Notes under the pieces: generated by a model
Seen by the model: the letters and a program-made list of their open reading frames with translations, nothing else
Told to the model about the DNA's origin: nothing
Databases searched by the model: none
Shown here: positions 56,750 to 64,000 of the stretch, one piece after another
Layout: every line of letters begins with the position of its first letter
How positions within the stretch are numbered: the stretch's first letter is position 1
Position numbers and translations under genes: made by a program
Origin: Octopus vulgaris
Lineage: Eukaryota
Direction of reading: 5' to 3'
Assembly (NCBI GenBank): GCA_951406725.2
Contig: OX597837.1
Coordinates: 45,508,001 to 45,572,000, forward strand
Length of the DNA: 64,000 bases

Positions 56750-57110
56750 AACTTTTATCTTTTACTTGATTCAGTCATTAGATCGTGGCCATGCTGGGGC
56801 ACCACCTTGAAGAATTTTTAGTCAAATAAATCGACCCCAGGACTTAATTTTAAAACCTGGTACTTATTTTGTCAGTATCTTTAGCCAAACAGCTAAGTTA
56901 CGGGAACATAAACACACCAACAACAGCTAAGTGGTGGTGGGCTACATGCACAGACACATGTAATATACGTCGGGCTTCTTTAAGTTTCCGTCTACCAAAT
57001 TCATTCACAAGGATTCTGTCGGCCCGAGGCTATGGAAGAAGACACTTGCCCAAGGTGCGTGCGGTTAAGAAGCAAGCTTCTTACCACAGAGTCATGTCTA
57101 CGCCTACACC
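56750..57110 (-). mobile_element. SINE family B
   Basis: ggccatgctggggcaccacc...gacacttgcccaaggtgc. Confidence 0.85.
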
Positions 57111-57410
57111 TGTAAGGCTTACAAGGGGCTGAAACAAACACATTCTAAGTAACTGGTCGAGAAAAGCAGAAGACGAGAATTGGTCAGCTGGTTTGGGAAA
57201 TCGCGCATCGCTTGCGGAAAAGATTGAATGCTTATAGAAATATTTATAATCCGAACGATAGGATTTATAGAGATTTATAGAGATTGCAGTGTACAGCACA
57301 AAGAAATGGTATAATAAAATGATATTTAAAGACATGGTTGGTGTTATGGTGGGGTTATATATATATATATAAATATATATATGTATATATATATATACAT
57401 ACATATATAT

Positions 57411-57563
<153 letters not shown>

Positions 57564-57568
57564 AATAT

Positions 57569-57692
57569 TGTGAAGGTGCATGGCTCAGTGGTTAGAGCGT
57601 CGAGCTTACGATCGTGAGGTTGTGAGCGCGAATCCCGAACCGGGCTGCGTGTTGTGTTCTTGAGCAAGACACTTTATTTCACGTTGCTCCAT
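57569..57692 (+). mobile_element. SINE family C/D 5' part (tRNA head plus CORE-like domain)
   Basis: tggctcagtggttagagcg...gttgtgttcttgagcaagacactt. Confidence 0.85.
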
Positions 57693-57708
57693 TTCGTGTG
57701 TGTATGTA

Positions 57709-57753
<45 letters not shown>

Positions 57754-57779
57754 ATATATTTATATAAATATACATATGT

Positions 57780-58005
57780 GTGTCTTTGTGTTTTTCACCA
57801 CCTACACACCACCCACCGCTTGACAACCGGTGCCTGTGTATTTACGTCCCCGTAACTTAGCGTTTCGGCAAAAAGAGAGCAATAGAATAAGCATCAGGCT
57901 TAAAAGAAAAAAACAATAAGTACTAGTGTCGATTCATTCGACAAAAAATTCCTTGAAGGTGATGCCCCAGCATGATCGCAGGTTAACGACTAAAACAATT
58001 AAAAG
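57780..58005 (+). mobile_element. SINE family B 3' half
   Basis: cgcttgacaaccggtgcc...gtccccgtaacttagcg. Confidence 0.85.
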
Positions 58006-58649
58006 ATACGTGTGCGTGTATATATGTGTGTGTCGCGTTACTCCTTTTGAAATACTCAAACGTATTCGTAATGAACTGGTTAAAAAAATATCGAATGGGT
58101 TTCTAGAATTACAGAGACTTACGCAAAGATTATAATCTATGCTTTAATAGGTATTATTGATAATGTTAATAACTCGATAATGTCGTCTATTTATGTGTTA
58201 AATTTTGCAAAGTATTTTTGCCTATTTGGGGCATTGTAGACCACAATGCCACCTAGTTGAGGTGTGAAACTGACGTGTGGGAAGAATACTCCGCAGACAT
58301 TTCCGAAAACAGAATTAGCAAAAGAATTGTAATTCTAGATAGAGAATGGTACACTGGAATCGATCGATTATGCTGTTTGAAATCTGAACAGTGAAGTTCA
58401 CGTCTCGGGGGACTTTAAAGTCATTATCAATAAGATCGCCAATCATTATCCGAATATTATTAATGATTCTGAAGAATATGGGGTGGGGCAAAAAGACAGA
58501 ACAAAACTTCATCGTAGCCGAATCGATTTAAAATATGCGTATATACAGATCAGGTTTCCAGAAGAATTTCCAAAAATTGGGATAGATATGTCTTCTAGCA
58601 TTTACAGATACAAGCAAAAGCCAAGCTTTATCTCCGGTGAGTCTGCAAT

Positions 58650-59250
58650 ATATCGGTTTGGGGAGGGGTAAGTCGATTACGTCGACCCCACCTCCCCCAA
58701 GTGCTCAACTGGTTCTTATTCTATCGACCCCGAAAGAATGAAAGATGAAGTCGACCACAACTGAATTTGAACTCAGAACGTAAAGACGGATGAAATACGC
58801 TAAGCATCTTGTCCGGCGTGCTAACGATTCTTATTTCTTTACTGCCCACAAGGAGTTACACACAGAGGGGACAAACAAGGACAGACAAACGGATTAAGCC
58901 GATTATATCGACCCCAGTGCGTAACTGGTACTTATTTAATCGACCCCGAAAGGATGAAAGATGAAGTCGACCACAACGGAATTTGAACTCAGAACGTAGC
59001 GGCAGACGAAATACCTATTTCTTTACTACCCACAAGGGGCTAAACACAGAGAGGACAAACAAGGACAGACAAACGGATTAAGTCGATTATATCGATCCCA
59101 GTGCGTAACTGGTGCTCATTTAATCGACCCCGAAAGGATGAAAGGCAAAGTCGACCTCGGCGGAATTTGAACTCTGAACGTAAAGACAGACGAAATGCCG
59201 CTAAACATTTTGTCCGACATGCTAACGATTCTGCCAGGTCGCCGGCCTAA
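58650..59250 (-). mobile_element. Head-to-tail trimer of SINE family A
   Basis: Three cgaccccgaaag..atgaaag...atttgaactc units. Confidence 0.93.
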
Positions 59251-59403
59251 GTCTGTTATAAATCAATGTCTCGTCAGATAAACGCTATCTAGAAGAGAAC
59301 ATCGCGCAAGGTGTCTGGATCAAAACGTTGAGAATGACATCTAAACACCATCATTCTTAACGGGACGTCGGATGAACAACAACTAAATAATTTTAAAATA
59401 TTA

Positions 59404-59796
59404 CTAGCAGTATCGCCCGGCGTTGCTTGGGTTTGTTTCGACCCTTTAGAATTGAAATTTTTGAAAAATAAAAATTTTGCATTATGTAGCTTGTTATTCT
59501 CTTTAAGTGAACATTTTTCTGGTTGAAATACTCCGAAAAATGGCGACACAGCAGTCAAAAAATCGTGAAACATAGGGATTTTCATAGAAAAAAAGTTACC
59601 TTTGTGATGCAAATAATTTTTGGTCTTAACATAGCTCGATTTGAATTTTATCTTCTACGGAATGAAGAGCAAGCCTTCTTCTATCATACTCTCAATTTTG
59701 GTAAACTTGCGCCGCAGGGTCTCGTAGGAGATAGTGTTAGTTGAAGACTACCAAACCAGCCATACACAGACAACTTCAGCTTTATATATAGAGAGA
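59404..59796 (-). mobile_element. Non-autonomous Helitron
   Basis: Minus strand A|TC...CTAG|T termini; subterminal hairpin at 59416-59431; no TSD; the Gypsy reading resumes across it. Confidence 0.85.
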
Positions 59797-60349
59797 TTTA
59801 ATTAGTTAAAATAATGGCTTAAAATGTCATAAAGAAAATGCAAATTTTTTTCATAATGAAGTCGATTATTTTGATTATATTATTGGTCCATCTGACAAAG
59901 GAGTATCCGAGGAAAATAACGATGCCGTTTAAAAATTAACGATTCGCCAAAATGTAAATGAAATATTGGTATTTCTAAAACCGAATTTCATACGTTCGAT
60001 AAAACCATGACAAAACTTACAGTAAAAATGGACGAAATATTCAGAAGTGATTAAAGCCACAGCGCTGACAGATTACAATGAAAATTTGCCACTTATTTTG
60101 GCAGTCGATGTGTTGCCGATCGGCGTTAGAGCGGTTGTGATACAACATGAAAATGGAGCTGAAGTCCATAGGCTCACGCATCAAAAATATTGAATGCATG
60201 TCAACGGCGAGGGGATTATCTGTTAGATTCAATAATTCGCTGTTTAATTAATTCCTCTGTGAACGATATTTTGAATTAATCATCGATCACAAGCTATCTA
60301 CCTTTCAACATTTATAACGTCAGAAAATTTTATACTGTTCGATAGTATT

Positions 60350-60480
60350 CGAATTTTGGCACAAGGCCAGCAATTTTGAGGAGAGTGCTCGACTGGTACG
60401 TATTTTAGTGACTCCTAAAGCATGAAAAACAAAGTCGACTTATGCGGGATTTGAACTCAGACTTCGTCAGTTTGCCACCG
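60350..60480 (-). mobile_element. Decayed SINE family A
   Basis: aaagtcgacttatgcgggatttgaactcag. Confidence 0.7.
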
Positions 60481-60934
60481 TAGTATTGAGTCCAATATGA
60501 AGCTACAAACATGGAAATGCTTTTGCGTTATAAAGATTGTCAATGTGACCTGACGACGGATTGGATGGAAGTCATAAAAACTATGTTCTATCTGGATTCT
60601 AAATGTATCAAATTATTGATGGATATCTTAATAGAATGCTGGTTACCACATCAGAAATTGAATCAGCCATGAAGTCTGATATCGATATTATTTGAATTAA
60701 ACAATTCATCGATAATGGTTGATTGAAAAACCTAAATATTGAAGACGAATCTCCGAGAGAATATTAGATAAAACATGATGCCATTATCCCGGGAATATAT
60801 TAATCGTGAAGTCCGATATTTTAAAAGTAATTATTTCGGAAATATTAGTCATGTGCCTGTTCCAGTATTCGATCCTCAGAAAAGCAGAGGTTGGTGAAAA
60901 AAAACAAAAAAAAACAGAATTACTATCTTCAGTT

Positions 60935-61385
60935 CGGTTTCTGTATCTATCTTCACCCACGACCCTGAAAGTTGGGTAATGACCGAAAGAATACGATTCC
61001 GAATACAAGCGGCCGAAATAGGGTTCCCCGAAGGATTTCTGGAATAACGTTATTCAAAAGGACGCGTAGCTCAGAGAACAGGTTGTCTCTCCAGGTCCAG
61101 CAGATAGTTCTTGGCAGCGGAAAGATTTTTGCTCTGAAACTACGGACACGGGATTCGAATGTCGAAAGAGAGGATCACATGGTGGATTCTTCAGGTCAAG
61201 CCAACTGGCAGGAGACCTTGTAGTTGACCAAGAATGAGATGGTTGGATAAGATCCATGGCCTCAGTTGGTCACGCTTGGGAATCCAGCCGAAATGTGAAA
61301 TGAGAGTTGCTTCTGATGAGGTCCTATGAAGGAGATACCTGGGGACCCTACCCCCAGGGCCCTCCCAGGAATAGTGGGTGTGGGT
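60935..61385 (+). mobile_element. RTE (Expander/Rex3-like) LINE 3' fragment
   Basis: ESWVMTERIRFRIQAAEIGF..RRISGITL..YGHGIRM..KPTGRRP..PRMRWLD..SWSRLGI. A related stub YGSECWVMTERVQ lies near 48612-48655. Confidence 0.85.
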
Positions 61386-61394
61386 AGACAGATC

Positions 61395-62090
<696 letters not shown>

Positions 62091-62479
62091 CTTATAATGA
62101 AAGGATGATTTGAACTCAACTTCATGGTTGTTGTATGGCTTGAATGAAACAAACGAGTCTTAGATACAGCGACTGGACGAAAATACGGTCCGTTATGGAT
62201 GCGATAGTCAAACCATGCCCATTACGTCAATTAGCTGCTAATGAATCTGATTAAAGACTATAAAAAGTGGGCCAAGAAACATCTGGATCGTTCCAACGAA
62301 TATTTATTGAATATACCGAAAATGGTCACGATAAAATCTAGGTTTTACTGTCGTTGATTCATCATTTCTGCAAATGTCCATTTATCAACAATATCGACAA
62401 TAAGCCAACGATATCGACAATATATCAACAACTGCGAATGAAGCGCTGACCACATTTCTGCAGAATAATTAACATTACG

Positions 62480-62642
62480 GACGCAGGCATGGCTATGTCG
62501 TTAAGAAGCTCGCTTTGCGAACGCGTAGTATCGGGTTCGATCCGAGAGCACGGCACCTTGCGTAAGTGTCTTCTACTGACAGACCAATGCCTCGGGAGTG
62601 AATTTGAGAGACGGCGACTGTGTGGAAGCCTGTTTCGTGTAT
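62480..62642 (+). mobile_element. SINE family B 5' half
   Basis: cgcaggcatggctatgtcgttaagaagc...ggcaccttgcgtaagtgtcttc. Confidence 0.8.
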
Positions 62643-62652
62643 ATGAATGCAC

Positions 62653-62757
<105 letters not shown>

Positions 62758-62896
62758 ATATAGTCTAAGTTTGCACTTATCAAACGTACGAAATTCCCGG
62801 ACCTTGAGTCACTCTGTTGCTTCTGCTAAATATTAATAAATATTAATATATATATATATATATATGTATGTATATATACAGAGAGAGACATATATG

Positions 62897-62984
<88 letters not shown>

Positions 62985-63296
62985 CATATTTCGTGTTCTA
63001 TTTTTTCCTGATGCAAACCTATATATATATAAGTCGCTACTGATCCAAACAAGTGGAAGTATAGAGGAAACGAAGTTGAAAATGCACAGACAATTAACTA
63101 GAATTTATATATATTTTATAATATAAGTATACAATTCATTACTCTCTCCCTTTCTCTCTCACACACACACACATACACACACGACTGCAGTCAACTGAAA
63201 CAAATAAAAGATAAAAGATGTATACATACACTTATATACATTAATTTGTTCTGTCATTTTATGGGTAGTCATAGCACATCTGTCACACATACATCG

Positions 63297-63399
<103 letters not shown>

Positions 63400-63426
63400 T
63401 GTATATATATAATATATATATATATA

Positions 63427-63502
<76 letters not shown>

Positions 63503-63803
63503 TCATATATATTCATATATATTTATATATATACATATATATATATATACCGTTCTCAACAAAAATGTGTCTATCCAGTGAGAGATAAATATCTTTTATA
63601 AAAACGTTATAGGTTTATACGTTTCCTGCTCCGATAACACAGTAGTCAGATGGCCACGTCCAGTGTGTCGTGTACTATTGTTTTGTAATTGGGTGATTGC
63701 AGGATAGTACACGGAACACGCTACACAAGCTCCTCCGACTACTGTACTATCCGAATATGAAACTTATAGTAACCCAGATTTATATCCCGAGTTTATTAAA
63801 TGA

Positions 63804-63838
<35 letters not shown>

Positions 63839-63897
63839 ATGTCTGTCTGTCTGTCTATCCATCCATCCATCCATCAATCCATCCATCCATCCATCCA

Positions 63898-63983
<86 letters not shown>

Positions 63984-64000
63984 CATTATATATATATATA

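Larger units (their letters stand above)
58300..60870 (+). pseudogene. Fragmented Ty3/Gypsy pol (RT-RNase H) interrupted by SINEs and a Helitron
   Basis: EVHVSGDFKVIIN, IDLKYAYIQIRF, HLNTIILNGTSDEQQLNN (decayed YLDD), GLKCHKE..EVDYFDYII, YNENLPLILAVDVLPIGVRAV, HASKIL, FELIIDHK and HGNAFAL occur in canonical order. Confidence 0.85.

Overview
Repeat-dense, AT-rich animal genomic DNA, most likely an octopus (inferred from recalled SINE families and extreme microsatellite density; not database-checked). No host protein-coding exon is supportable: nearly every ORF in the track is a microsatellite translation or a TE remnant. The window holds three or four families of tRNA-derived SINEs, two decayed mariner transposases, a pogo/Tigger fragment, hAT MITEs with 8-bp TSDs, a non-autonomous Helitron, a fragmented Gypsy pol, and RTE and R4/Dong LINE remnants. 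The most interesting signal is about 10 type I hammerhead-ribozyme (HHR) folds from several unrelated sequence families. They sit in short non-coding elements, most of them against (TA)n arrays and often with inverted terminal segments (Penelope-like pLTR or retrozyme-like). They show recurring core variants: a compensatory A3-U8 pair, and U4C three times. A second theme is local inverted duplication around (TA)n arrays at several divergence levels. All folds and alignments were done by eye; element boundaries are approximate unless a TSD or TIR is quoted.
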